A stretch of 64,000 nucleotides of DNA from Mustelus asterias. Its lineage: Eukaryota. Both the position numbers and the translations under genes were made by a program. Every line of letters starts with the position of its first letter. The first letter of the stretch is position 1. The stretch spans positions 12,896,001 through 12,960,000 of the forward strand of contig NC_135825.1 of assembly GCF_964213995.1 (NCBI RefSeq), written 5' to 3'. Positions 47,351-61,368 of the stretch are shown in pieces. The notes under the pieces are model-generated. The model ran no database searches and had not been told where the DNA came from. It worked only from the letters and a program-made list of their open reading frames with translations.

Positions 47351-50300
47351 TCTCTGGAAGGATGACACACACACTCTATCTCTCTCTTATTCTTTCTCCC
47401 AATTACACACACACTCTAACTTTCTCTCACTCACTCTCACTCTCACTCTCTCTATACACACACACACACACACTCCTTCTCACTCTCTCCCCACCCCCCA
47501 CACACTCATGCACACACTCTCTCTCTCTCTCTCTCACACGCTTACAGAACAAAGAGATCTAGGGGTACATGTTCATAGCTCCTTGAAAGTGGAGTCACAG
47601 GTGGACAGAGTGGTGAAGAAGGCATTCGGCATGCTTGGTTTCATCAGTCAGAACATTGAATACAGGAGTTGGGACGTCTTGTTAAAGTTGTACAAGACAT
47701 TGGTAAGGCCACACTTGGAATGCTGTGTGCAATTCTGGTCACCCTATTATAGAAAGGGTATTATTAAACTAGAAAGAGTGCAGAAAACTGCACAATAAGT
47801 GCAGTTCTCGACACTCACTTTTCATAAAAGTATCAATAAAAGAGGCTTGGGCGGAATATGATTTTTGGTTTGTAAGAGTATAAATGGAAGGGATTTGGAA
47901 ATAGGTTAATGGAAAATGATAGAAATGGGAATATGGGAGGTCACTACTTGTACATGAGGAGTTGTGATAATACTTTATTAATCTGAGTTCACACAGCACA
48001 CAGCAGCTGTCCTGTGTCATTTTCTGGGATGCTACCGGGACTTAATGAATTGAGTTATAAGGAGAGGCTGAATAGACTGGGACTTTTTTCTCTGGAGCGT
48101 AGGAGGCTGAGGGGTGATCTTATAGAGGTCTATAAAATAATGAGGGGCATAGACAAGGTAGATAGTCAATATCTTTTCCCAAAGGTAGGGGAGTCTAAAA
48201 CTAGAGGGCATAGGTTTAAGGTGAGAGGGGAGAGATACAAAAGTGTCCAGAGGGGCACTTTTTTCACACAGAGGGTGGTGAGTGTCTGGAACAAGCTGCC
48301 AGAGGTAGTAGTAGAGGCGGGTACAATTTTATCTTTTAAAAAGCATTTAGATAGTTACATGGGTACGATGGGTATAGAGGGATATGGGCCAAATGCGGGC
48401 AATTGGTATTAGTTTAGGGGATTTTTTAAAAAAGGGCGGCATGGACAAGTTGGGCTGAAGGGCCTGTTTCCATGCTGTAAACCTCTATGACTCTCCCTCT
48501 CACACACAAACACACACACAGTCATCAGCCTCTTCCACCCTCCATCCCAGCCTAGGGCTTTGCCCAACAGAGTCTCACTCCTGGGCCTTGTGGCCAACTC
48601 TCCTCCCCAGGCCTCCTCAAACTTGTCCGCAGGCCCAGTCTGGAGATGCTGGAGTTGGGTTCCGGTGCATTCTGACAGCAACACCCCACTGGTGGAAGGG
48701 CAGGTTGAAAGGCAGTTGTGGGATTCTTGAGGACGGCACAGTGGCACAGTGGTTAGCCTCACAGCACCAGGGACCTGGGTTTGATTCCTGGCTTGGGTCA
48801 CTGTCTATGTGGAGTCTGCACATTCACCCCGTGTCTGTTTGGGTTTTCTCCGGGTGTTCCGTTTTCCTCCCACAGACCGAAAGATGTGCTGGTTAGGTGC
48901 ATTGGCTTTCTAGTTTAATAATATCCTTTCAATAATAGGGTGACCAGAATTGCACACAGTATTCCAAATGTGGCCTTACCAATGTTTTGGTAAGACTCCC
49001 CCATTCCCCAACCAACCTCCACCTGAAACAAATCTATCAGCAAAATCCAGCTTGTTGTTACCACTCGATACCAGGAGGGTGATCCAGTCTGGAAAGTGCC
49101 TGCCTGGTTCAGCGAAGACAGATAAACTGCCTGTCTGAAGGTTTCTGCATTAAGTTAACTGTAAGACTTTAGAAGTGGCCTCTCTTATTAGCAAGCTTGC
49201 TGTGAGATGTTACCCTGGCCTTCTTGTGACATGTTAAAACCGACCTTCCTGTGACATGTTAAAAATGGCCTTCCTGTCACATGTTAAAACCGACCTTCCT
49301 GTGACGTGTTAAAACTGGCCTCTCTGCTTCTGCGGGAGTTGGCAATTATACCCTGGCTATCTTTGATTCTGCTCACTGTTTTCTGAACTGTCTGCCTCTC
49401 CCACATTCCTTGACCCTCGAAAATTAGGATCTGTATGCCACCCCTGATGCTACAGATATCTCGCGAAACCACTTCCTGATAACAGGGCCATTTACGTCTG
49501 AACTTATCTAGATGGTTGCTAGGGAACACATCTCATCAGCCCATTTGAATGTGGGTTCCTGCTGTTGCCAGGCAGATTCTTCCTATTTTGCGAAGGGCAC
49601 TGCCCCCGACCACCCAGGAGGCTTCAATGGTCTCCACTCCCACTGCCGAGGCAATCACATCTGGTACCCGTTGCTGGGGAACCGTACGTGATCCTCGCAA
49701 GTAAGGACCTCGACTAGTGGCAAGGTAAGGGCAAGTGAACCCAGACAATAGCGTGTGGTACTCACTAATTACTCACGCACTCTCAAAGATTCCTCTCACG
49801 CCGCCCTCCCCCCTCCTCAACCCCCCATCCAGACACCACTCCCCCACTCCTGGATTGCGCCAGTCTTCTTTCCTCATAAGGGCAATGGGCCCAGTGCAGG
49901 AAGGTGGGATTACAAAGTGAACCTGGGTGTCCTCGGGCTGGCATGGACAAGATGGGCCAAATGACCTACTTCTGAGCTGTAATTTTTCAATGGTTCTGTC
50001 CTACCCCCGTTTCCCACTTCCTCCTCCCTCTGCCCCTCTCTCCTCCACCCCACTCTTCTGCTCTCCTCTCGCCATCCCCCACTCTACGCCCAGGGCCACC
50101 GAGACTCACTCCTCCAATCCTGAATACAGCATAATAGTAATGCATACATTAATAAAATGAACTAAGAACTAATGGGGATCTGATGGTGGTTTTGAACATC
50201 TGGACTGATAGCTTTTTTGGACTAAATAAAAATAAATAAATTCAGGTTTTATTTAATTCATTTCCTTGTGTTTTGATGCAGGTTTTCTGAGCGAATTCGA

Positions 50301-51571
50301 TGCCTTTGATCACAATTGATGTCAAATGACAGTTGATCATTTTTAGCTCAAAAATAATGTCAACATTTTCTTGTAGCTTTTGATCTCAATGGGTGAGATT
50401 TCAACATTCTAGAATTTACCAGTGACCAGAATCTGAACTGGACTAGCCATGTAAACACTGTGGCTACTGGAGTAGGTCAAAGGCTAGGAATCCTGAGGCG
50501 AGTAACCCACCACCTGACTTTTCAAGGCTGACCATAGAACCACAGAAATGATACAGCACAGAAGGGGGCCATTCAGCCCATCTTGTCCATGCTGAGCCAA
50601 AGACACTCAAGTGCCCTTTCTAATCCCATATTCATGCACACGGCCCATAGCCTGTAGCTTACAGGACTTAAGGTGCAGATCTGCCTCCACCACCAACTCA
50701 GGCACTGAATTCCATACCCACCATTGAGTGGGTATGGAAGTCAGGAAAGAGATGGAATACTCTCCATTTGTTTGGATGTGTGTAGCACCAACACTTAAGA
50801 AGCTCAACACTGTCCAGGACAAAACAGCCCACTTGATTGCTATCCCTTCCACAAAAAAACTCAATCCCTCCCCCATCAATGAACAGTGACAGTGTACCAT
50901 CTACAAGATGCACTGCATGAACTTACCAAGACTCCTTAGGCAGCACCTTCCAAACCCACGACCACCACCATCTAGAAGGACAAGAGCAACAAAAACCTGG
51001 GAACACCTTTCACCTGGAGGCTCCCCTCCAAGCCACTCAGCATCCTAATTTGGAAATGTATTGCTGTTCCTTTACTATCGCTGTGTCAAAGTCCTGGAAT
51101 TCTCACCCTAACAGCACAGTGGGTATACTTTGCAATGAAGATTCAAACTCTATTTGACCTACAAGTAACAAACTCATGTTGCTTGTAAGTCTTTCATGTT
51201 CATCCAAAACTAGACCCAGTTCCTGTAGAACAGGCCTGGAGTTGGATACCATCCATCAACTTTGAAAATTCACCCAGACATGCTGAGCAATTTCATTGCA
51301 GCTGCAGAAAATAGAAATGGTTTTTATTAACCTTAGACCCAGACACCTCTGAAATTTTAAATGAAGTGTTTAGAATGAGCAAGAATTGAATACAGGAGCG
51401 TTTAACAATTACACTGCATTTTATGACTATAATCCTTTTCGTACTTTAAAAACAGAAAATATTGTTGACATTTTCAATGTTTGGTTAATTTATCATGTTT
51501 TGGGCAATGAAAAATGTTCAGTTTTTCACCATTTTGAACTTTTAATGGCTCTTTTTCTCATTTATCAACAG

Positions 51572-51898
51572 GTAGATGGGAACCAATCCTATCAGAGGTC
51601 AGTGGTGTTGTGGGAAATGCCGCCATTATACCGTGTCTGTTCACGGAGAAGGAGAGACTCTATCAGAAATTCTTGTGTAAAGCAACCTCTGTAAATAAAT
51701 GTATTATTATTGCCAGCTCTAATGGAGTTCCAGAGAATCGGAATAACGGGAACGTTTCAATCACTATTGATAATTCTTATAATTTTATCGTTACCATGAA
51801 TAACATAGACAAAGGCAATGAAGGAGAGTATTGGTGTGGAGCAGAAAAAATCAATGACATAAAGATCGTAGCGATCAGAAACTTGACAATTACTGAAG
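51572..51898 (+). CDS. Copy 2 IgV domain D2 exon
   Basis: tttatcaacag| acceptor, G|GTAAGG donor, 327 nt phase 1-1; GNAAIIPC...KFLCKATSVNKC (Cx7C)...NEGEYWC. Confidence 0.92.
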
Positions 51899-52388
51899 GT
51901 AAGGATCAATATAAAATTATTATAATTCAATCAGTATTGTATAAAACTCACAAAACAATAACAGAGGCTGGCATGGTGGTGCAGTGGTTAGCACTGCTGC
52001 CTCACAGCACCAGGGACCCGGATTCCATTCCAGCCTCGGGTCACTGTCTGTGTGGAGTTTGCACATTCTCCCAGTGTCTGTGTGGGTTTCCTCCGGGTGA
52101 TCAAGTTTCCTCCCACACTCCAAAGATGTGCGGGTTAGGTTGATTGGCCATGCTAAATTGACCCAAGCGTCAGGGGAATTACCAGGGTTAATATAGGTTA
52201 CGGGAATAGGGCCTCGGTGGGATTGTAGTCGGTACAGACTCGATGGGCCAAATGGCCTCCTTCTGTCCTGTAGGGATTCTATGATTCTTTGAACAATTGG
52301 TCAATGCTGTTGTTCATGTTTTACACAAGGCTATCACCCTATTTCATCTCAATCTTGCAGCATATCCTTCTATTCTTTTCCCCCTCAG

Positions 52389-52454
52389 TAAGTTCCTCTC
52401 GATTCACCCGAAAAGTATCTACAATATTTGGCACCACTGCACCTTATGGTACAG
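52389..52454 (+). CDS. Copy 2 predicted Ser/Thr stalk exon (VSSSRFTRKVSTIFGTTAPYGT)
   Basis: Polypyrimidine tract plus CAG, G|GTAAAC donor, 66 nt symmetric phase 1-1, open frame. Confidence 0.55.
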
Positions 52455-53336
52455 GTAAACACAGAAACATAGGAAATGGGAGCAAGAGTATTCCTTCAGC
52501 ATACCTCAGATTCACTAAACAAAAACCAGCAATGTCCATAAGCTGGACATTTTTAAGACGTTCTGTGCACCAATTTTAACCGAGTAAGTGTTTTTTTAAA
52601 CTTACCTGGACAATTCTGCCTCGGCACTGTGTTCGCCGTCATGTAGCTCTCGACTAGTTACTGGCTTCACTGCTTCATATTCCACTCTCTCCGCCACTCC
52701 AAGTGACCCTTACACCAGCCGACCCAGAGAGACATGAACCACCCGTGGCCTGAACCACCCGACCGCATTCCAGCAAGGTCTGAAATCCAGCAGGACTGGA
52801 TTTGAGCGATTGCACCCAATTCCACATTGAACAAGTTCCACCTTCTAACAACTCTCTGGGTAAGGAGATTAGAAACTTTCACTGATACTAATAGTAACCG
52901 TCAATAATAAAAATACATTGAAAGTTCATAGAATCGCTACAATGCAGATGGAGGCCATTCAGCCCACACTCACAACAATCCCACCCAGGCCCTATCCTCG
53001 TAACCCCACACATTTACCCTGCTAATTCCCCAACACCAAGGGATAATTTAGCATGACCAATCAACCTTAACCTACACATCTTTGTTGTGTAGGAGGAAAC
53101 CAGAGCACCCAGAGGAAACCCACGCAGACACGGGGAGAATGTGCAACCTCCATGCAGACGGTGCCCCAAGCCAGGAATCGAATCCGGGTCCCTAGCGCTG
53201 TGAGGCAGCAATGCTAACCACCATGCCACTGTGCTGCACCTCACAGATTATTGTCCATCCGACACTATTAGCCCCCTGTGAAGCCCCCTCAGAATCTACC
53301 TTCTCCTCAGCCTTTTCACAAGATTATATACGTTAG

Positions 53337-53497
53337 TTAATTTTATTGTTACCAAGAGGAAAGGAAATGAAGGAGTGTTCTGGTGTGGAACAGCAAAAAT
53401 AAATGGTGGAAACCTTGTAAAGATAAGAGAATCGGACAATTCCTGACGGTAAGATTCTATGTAAGATTATTATAATTCAGTCGGTATTGAATCGAAC
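53337..53497 (+). pseudogene. Decayed D2-like pseudo-exon (copy 2)
   Basis: Paralogous to 12611-12770. Confidence 0.8.
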
Positions 53498-56400
53498 TCG
53501 GAACGGAAACTTGGCCAATACCAGTGCTTGTGCTTCACATGAGGCCCATTCTAGTCACCCCTTATCTCACTCTTTTAGCATCCCCTTTGGTTCATTTCCG
53601 TCTAAATGCCTTTATCTCGCTCCCCATTAAAAGCATCTATGACTTTTGCCACAACTTCTGCTTACGGTAGCAAGTTTCACATTTCGCAGGTTCCACATTC
53701 TAACAATTCTGAGTAAAGAACTTTCTTCCTGAATTCCTCATCGGTTATTTTAGTAACCATTTTAGATTTTGGTTCTGTCATAATCATAGAATCACAGAAT
53801 CCCTGCAGTGCTGAAGGAGGCCATTTGGCCCATCGAGTCTGCACCGAACACAGTCCCACCAAGGCCCTATTCCCGTAACCCCTCTTTTTTATCCTGTTAA
53901 CTCCCCTGACACTAATTTAGCATGGCCAATCAACCGAACCCGCACATATTTGGACTGTGGAAGGAAACCGGAGCGCCCGGAGGAAACCCATGCAGACACG
54001 GGGAGAATGTGCAAACACTACACAAACAGTGACTCGAGGCCGGGATCGAACCTGGGTACTTGGCGCTGTGAGGCAGCAGTGCTAACCACTGTGCCATGCA
54101 ACCCCAGTGCATAAGTGGAAACATCTCTTATGTCTTATGATTTTTTTCCCCACCATGCATGGGATGTTGGTGCCTCTGAGGAGGCCAGCTCTAACTAAAT
54201 TTGATTTGATTTGATATATCATTGTCACATGTATTACTATACAATGAAAAGCATTGCTTCCTGCATGCTATACAGACAAGGCATACCGTTCAGAGATAAG
54301 GAAAGGAGAGAGTGCAGAATGTAATGTTACATTCATAGCTAAGGTGTAGAGAAAGATCAGCTGAGTGCAAGGTGGGCCCATTGTAGAGTCTGTTTGCAGC
54401 AGGGGAGCAGCAGCTGTTCTTGAGTCGGTTGGTACATGTCCTCCGACTTTTGTATCTTTTTCCGACAGAAGAAGGTGGAAGAGAGTATGTCCTGGGTGCG
54501 TGGGGTTCTTGAAAGCTGGCTGCTTTTCTGAGGCAGCAGGAGGTGTAGACAGACTCAACGGATGGGAGGCTGGTTTGCGTGATGGACTGGGCTTCATTCA
54601 TGACCCTTTGTCATTTTTTGCGGTCTTGGGTAGAGCAGGAGCCACACCAAGCTGTGATACAACCAGAAAGAATGTTTTCTGTGGTGCATCTGTAAAAGTT
54701 GGCGAGAGTCGTAGTGGACATGCCAAATTTCCTTAGTCTTCTGAGAAAGTAGAGCCTTTGGGGGGCTTTCTGAACTATAGTGTTGTCATGGGAAGACCAG
54801 GACAGGTTGTTGGTGATCTGGATACCTAAAAGCTTGAAGCTCTTGACCATTTCTACTTCGTCCCCATTGATGTAGACAGGGGCATGTCCTTTACTACGCT
54901 TCCTGAAGTCAATGACTCTCTCCTTCATTTTGTTGACATTGAGGAAGAGATTGTTGTTGTCACACCAGTTCACCAGATTCTCTATCTCTTTCCTGTACTC
55001 CGTCTCATCATTATGTGAGATTCGACCCATTGGTGGTGATGTCATCAGCAAACGTGAAAATTGAGTTGGAGTGGAATTTGTCCACACAGTCATAGGTGTA
55101 TAAGGAGTATAAAAGGGTGTTAAGAACACAGCCTTGTTGGGCACCGGTGTTGAGGATGATCGTGGAGGAGGTGTTGTTGCCTATCCTTACTGATTGCGAT
55201 CTGTGGGTTCGGAAGTCCAGGATCCAGTCCAAATGTGAACATTTGGTGGCAGGTCACTGCTGCAATCCATGTAGTGTTGGTGCTGTTTGGGAGAGAATCC
55301 CAGGATCCGAATCCAGTGAGAGTGAGATAACAACGATGCATTTCTAAACCTGGGTAGAATATTACACATACTTATTTGATCAGGCAGCACGGTGGCACAG
55401 TGGTCAGCACTGCTGCTTCACAGCGCCAGGGACCCAGGTTCAATTCCGGCCTTGGGTCAGTGCCAGTGTGGAGTTTGCACATTCTCCCCATGTCTATGTG
55501 GGTTTCCCCCGGGGGGTTCGGTTTCCTCCCACAGTCCAAAGGTGTACAGCAAAGGTTGATTGGCCATGCTAAATTGCCCCTTAGTGTCAGAGGAATTAGC
55601 ATGGTAAATACATGGGGTTATGGGGATAGGGCCTGGGTGGGATTGTGGTTGGTGCAGACTCAATGGGCCGAATGGCCTCTTGCTTCACTGTTGGGAATCT
55701 ATGACTCTAATCCATCTATGAGCTTTAGTGAAATCATTGCTTGCGGTAGCACGTAGAATTCAGTAAATGTAGATAAATTGGCATCTTAATCTGGACATAA
55801 AAACATTTGCAAGTCATCACTTCGATTTCGAATGAGCAACAAGTGAGGCCACGATTATTTCTCTTTGTTTCAGCCTCACTTTATGATGAAAGAAGATAAC
55901 CTCATTCTGTGTTATGGGGTAGAAACATATATTGAAGAAGCTCTGTGGCAAATCCACCCTCATTTTGAGTTTGACCACATTGGACAGTGAGGCATCAAGT
56001 AATCTTTCCCTGCACAAGGGAAGAAAAGATTAAGGGTGCAGTCACGGCTCGGCGCTTTGGATGGATTCTTACCAGTGCCATTAGCGTTGCCAACTTTGAT
56101 TAGGGTGGCACGATGGCACAATAGATAGCACTGCTACCTCACAGCACCAGGGACCCAGGTTCAATTCCAGCTTTGGGTGTCTGTCTGTGTGGAGCCTGCA
56201 CGTTCTCCCCATACCTGCGTGGGTTTCTTCCGGGTGCTCCGGTTTCCGCCCACAGTCCAAAGATGTGCTGGTTAGGTGAGTTAACCATGCTAAATTGATC
56301 CTCAGTGTCCAGGAATTTGTAGGTTTAGTGAATTGGCCATGGTAAATTTACAGGGTTACGGGAATAGGACAGTGGGGGGGTGAGGGGGGGTGTTAGGGGC

Positions 56401-58724
56401 ATAAGGCTAGTAAGATGCTCTTTCAGAGAGTCAGTGCAGGCTCAATGAGCCAAATGGCCTCCTTCTGCACTGTAGGAAGTTTATAGAAATATACTTCTCC
56501 AACCATGCTCCAACCATCAGTCACCCAACACATGCATCTCGTGACATACCACCTTCCTACGCGAATTGGAAAACATAAAGGCTCATTTTTTGAGTGGATG
56601 ATGCATGATTGTCAGTGAAATAGCATTTCCACTGCCCCCCTCCGTCACCCCCACCATTTTCAATATTTTTATAACCAATAAAGAGAAGTGTTCGAAGGAA
56701 ATGACCAAAAGAAATCTTTTTTAATGTCCGGATGATTTTTCTCCAGTGTCCTGGAGATTCCAGATCAATCCAGGAGGGTTGGTGACCCTAACTCCCTGGA
56801 GGTGATGTTACAGGTGGAGGCAAGGGGAATTTCAGACAGTTGAGTGTTGGGACAGTTCTCCACTGTTGTCCCACCTCTGGGCCAGTATCCCATGGGCAGA
56901 CTACCATGGGAACTGTCAGCCTACTCCCTGGAGACAGGCAGTCAACAAAGCCAATTAAGGGTCTACTTAGCAGCCATTTTCAGCAGTCACTGGAATTTTC
57001 CTGGTATCAAGCCCCAACCTCCACTGTTCCCCCCCCCCCCCCCCAACCATCCATCCCTTCCCATCCCCCGCACCCCACTCCTCCTACTGGGGCCAGAGCC
57101 AGCTCTTTGAAGACAACCTCCCAGCAGGTGGAAGGCCATTGGACCCTCTTCTCAATCCCCCTATTCATGGAGCCACACAAACTAAAGAGCCACAACCACA
57201 ATAACTCCTGCCAGGGAGATCCCCCTTCAATCTAATAGCCCAAATGGATGTGGGCCTTCTTCAATTGCAAATTCTCGACAGGCCTCTGAGGTCACCTCCA
57301 TTTTGATAAAACCCTCTCAGTCCTCTAGCTGCCTGTTTGACCATAAACTAAATCTATCTCTTCCTCTGCTCCCCTTGCACAAGATTATGCGACAATTCAA
57401 GACAAGGAAATCCGTTCAACCAACGTCCATCCGTCCATCCATCCATCCATCCATGTCTATTCATCCATCCAGCCAAATCTATTCATCCAAGTCTATTCAT
57501 CCATCCATATATATCCATCCATATCTATCCATCCATCCAGAATTTGACCAGTTGGCTCAAGGAAACTGAAAGTGCGGCACGGTAGTACAGTGGTTAGCAC
57601 TGCTGCTTCACAGCTCCAGGGACCCGGGTTCGATTCCCGGCTTGGGTCACTGTCTGTGTGGAATTTGCACATTCTCCCCGTGTCTGCGTGGGTTTCCTCC
57701 GGGTGTTCCGGTTTCCTCCCACAGTCCAAAGATGTGCGGGTTAGGTTGATTGGCCGTGTTAAAATTGCCCCTTAGTGTCCTGAGATGCGGAGGTTAGAGG
57801 GATTAGCGGGTAAATGTGTGGGGATACGGGGGTAGGGCCTGGGTGGGATTGTGGTCGGTGCAGACTCGATGGGTCAAATGGCCTCTTTCTGCACTGTAGG
57901 GTTTCTATGAATCTATGAAAGAGCCAGTGATCAGAACAACTCTCTGGGTAAAGAGTTTAGAAACTTTCACTGATACTAATAACAACCACTAATAATAAAA
58001 CGACATTGAAAGTTTATGCTATACTTCACAGAATATTGTCTTTCCAACACTATTAGCCCCTTGTGAAACCCCCTCAGAAAACCAGCCTCCCACCCATTGA
58101 CTCTGTCTACACTTCCCGCTGCTTCGGAAAAGCAGCCAGAGTTATCAAGGACCCCACGCACTCCGGGCATTCTCTCTTCCACCTTCTTCCATCGGGAAAA
58201 AGATACAAAAGTCTGAGGTCACATACCAGCCGAATCAAGAACAGCTTCTTCCCTGCTGCCATCAGACTTTTGAATGGACCTACTTCGTATTAAGATGATC
58301 TTTCTCTACACCCGAGCAATGGTTGTAACACTACATTCTACACTCTGTCCTTCCTGTCACCATGTTAGGGATGCTTAGTCGGTCCAGCGCGCAAGAACCA
58401 ATACTTTTCACTGCATGCTAATACATGTGACAATAATAAATCAAATCAAAACCTTCTCCTCAGCTCACTTTTCAATATGTCAGTTAAGGACACAGAATCC
58501 ATTCAAAAAATCGCTGTTCATTCATCCTGTATTTGACCAATTGATGTAAGGAAACTTAACCAGCCAGTGTTCAGAATGAATTAAACCCCTGCCCCCCACC
58601 ACCAACCTGCCATTCCCCCACTCACAACACCCAGGCTCACTTTCTATAAGTACTGTCTACTGAAGGGAATTGTGGTGGTTATCAGTTCTTCATTGAATTA
58701 TTCATTCATGTTCATTTGCTACAG

Positions 58725-58758
58725 TAGGAAATTCAGAAGTTTCCAACAATACCTCAAG
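58725..58758 (+). CDS. Copy 2 short juxtamembrane exon (VGNSEVSNNTSR)
   Basis: ttgctacag| acceptor, AG|GTAAGA donor, phase 1 to phase 2, matches the TM exon phase. Confidence 0.75.
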
Positions 58759-60068
58759 GTAAGATTTGAATTTGCATCTTATAAATAACAATTGTTGAGC
58801 CATTCTGAATGAAGCCACAGTTGATAGATAATCCTGCTTCCCTCACAAGTCATGGTGAGCAATGCAATGTCTTTATATTACCACAGTCCAGATAGCGGCA
58901 ATCTTGGTGCCATATTTTTCCTCAGGATTCTTCCATTGATTGTCTTCCCATTTAAGACACACAACATCGAAGTCAGGGAGCAAAGTTCTTGCATGTCCTG
59001 CCAATAATCATTCAGTACAATAATATGTGAGGATCGCATTGCAACTTTCTGCTGATTCCTTCCACCATGGAACACCCGTCACCTCAGCCCGGTGTTTCAT
59101 TCATTCCCGGGATGTGGGCGCTGCTGACAGAGCCTGCATTTATTCCCAATCCCTCATTGCCCTTGAGAAAGAGTTGGTAAGTTGCCAACTTTCAACCCCT
59201 GCTGTCCATGTGATGTCGGTGCACCCACAGTGTTATTCAGTGGAGAGGGTTTTGACCCAGAAAAGGTGAGGAAACCGTGATACACTTCCAATTCAAGTTA
59301 GCGTGGGAGTTAAAAGGGGAATTACAGGTGGCGCTGTCATGCCTGCTGCCCTTGTCTCTGTAAATGGCGATGGTCACAGGTTTGGAAGGTCATGTTGAAG
59401 AAGCCTCAGAAAATTGCTGCAAAGTATCGTCAACAACGAGATGTAATCTCACCAGAACATTGCTCAGCTCTCAGCTCAGGAGTAAGTAAATGAATTCCTC
59501 AAGTTGGTTCAATCTGTTGGAGATATTTTCCCTGTGCACACACAGCCCAATAACTCCGCAATGTGATTACACGTTGTAAATCAGCCCACAGCTTGTACAA
59601 ACTGTCTGTGCTTTCAATATGATGTTGCACACATTTTGGGAAGTTGAATGTGGTCATAGAATCCCTACAACGCAGAAGTGTCCATTCGGCCCATCAAATC
59701 AGCACTGACTCTCTGCCAGGCCCTCTGCTCTGCCCTATCCCCATAAACCCACTCATCTACCATAGCCAATCCGTCTAACCTACACACCTTTGGACACTAA
59801 GGGGCAAATATAGTATGGCCAATCCACATAACCTGCATATCTTTGGACTGTGGGAAGAAACCGGAGCATCCGGAGGAAGCCCACACAGACACAGGGAGAA
59901 CGGGCAAACTCCACACAGACAGTGATCCAAGCCGGGAATTGAACCCGGGTCCTTGGAGCTGTGAGGCAGCAGTGCGAACCACTGTGCCACCGTGTTTATC
60001 ACACAAGTTTATCACATAAACTTTGGGATAAGTTATCTTGTATTAATTATAGCTCCTTCTTTTGTCAG

Positions 60069-60175
60069 AGACGTTCTGTTGGAGATATGGGCGATATTCC
60101 GCTGGCTGCTCTTCAGTGCTCTGGTTGCTTGCACTGTTTCAGTCACGTGCTATGCAGATTGTGCAAAAGACCCAG
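60069..60175 (+). CDS. Copy 2 transmembrane exon with intramembrane Arg (DVLLEIWAIFRWLLFSALVACTVSVTCYADCAKDP)
   Basis: ttttgtcag| acceptor in phase 2, hydrophobic helix, G|GTATAA donor. Confidence 0.85.
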
Positions 60176-61348
60176 GTATAATATTTTAAATCTGTTTCCT
60201 CTCATATTTATAGATATTTAACTTCAACCTAAAAGCTTAGGCACTTTGAAAGTTGCTGAAAAAACACAGCAAAAAAATCTACAAGAAAATGACTCCTCCT
60301 CGAGAAATCTAACCGAATGAACCATTATCACCAGGCCAGTGTTAGAATAAGCACTGCTGGAGTGAATTTTATGTTTGTTAATAGAAAGGATAAAATGTCA
60401 GTTCATCTGCAGTTTTTGGTTTACACGTGGGAGTCCAAGATGGGAAAATTCCAAGTAGGCAGTGGATACAAAGCACTCAGTTTCATTCAATGTTTATTTA
60501 AAATGCACGCTTGTGGACAAAGGTGGCCATAAGACCATAAGAAACAGGAACAGGAGAAGGCTGTTCGGCCCCTCAAGCCTGCTCCACCAATCAAAAGGAT
60601 CATGGGTGATCCCAACATTCCTCATGTCCACTTTCCTGCCCTTTCCCGTAATTCCCGTAATTCCTTTACTGATCAAAAATCTATCTATTTTGGTCTTAAA
60701 TATACACAAGGACTCTGCCCCCACAGCTCTCTGTGGCAAGGAGTTCCAAAGACTCACAGCCCTCTGAGAGAAGAAATTCCTCCTCATCTCAGTCTTAAGT
60801 TGGTGCCCCTTTATTCTGAGACCGTGCCCTCTGGCCCTAGACTCTCCCATGATGGGAAGCATTCTCTCAGCATTTACCCTGTCAAGCCCCTTAAGAATCC
60901 AAGATGACTCAATGGCCTGGAACATGGATAAAAGAACACCAGCAGTGTTCCCGGATCAGAAACAGTTGGCGGACTTTTCCCGTCCGGCCCGCCGTGGGAA
61001 TCGGAGCAGGTGGGGGGCGGACCATGCAAATGGCCATTGACTTCTAGTGAGATTTTCCAGTCTTGGGGCGAGCGCGGCCGGAAAATCCCACCCAGTATAT
61101 TGCATTGTAGAACCTGGAACCCCAAGATGGGCGCCAGAGCTTTGGGCACCGCACGCAAAATAGAAAGCTCCCCCTACCTCAGGAAACTTGAACAATATCA
61201 CTGTTTGAGATTATGGCAAACACGCTTCAGCACTTATGTGAGGATATACCCAACCATTCCTTCACCTATTTTTTTGCCAGTGTCTCTCAAAGTATTTCAC
61301 TTCATCCATTTTCAACAGTCTAGTTGCTTAAATTAATTTCTCCTTCAG

Positions 61349-61368
61349 CTCCCCAGGTGAGCAAATGA
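61349..61368 (+). CDS. Copy 2 probable terminal coding exon (APQVSK*); alternative acceptor gives GEQMMGYVETSTTEHKWIRV* ending at 61418
   Basis: atttctccttcag| acceptor, phase 1, AATAAA at 61582-61587. Confidence 0.55.

Noticed and set aside
39195-61368. Calling the gene PIGR or a specific CD300 orthologue
   Set aside because: Charged TM and tiny tail do not fit a transcytosis receptor; orthology needs phylogeny and synteny, so no symbol is given
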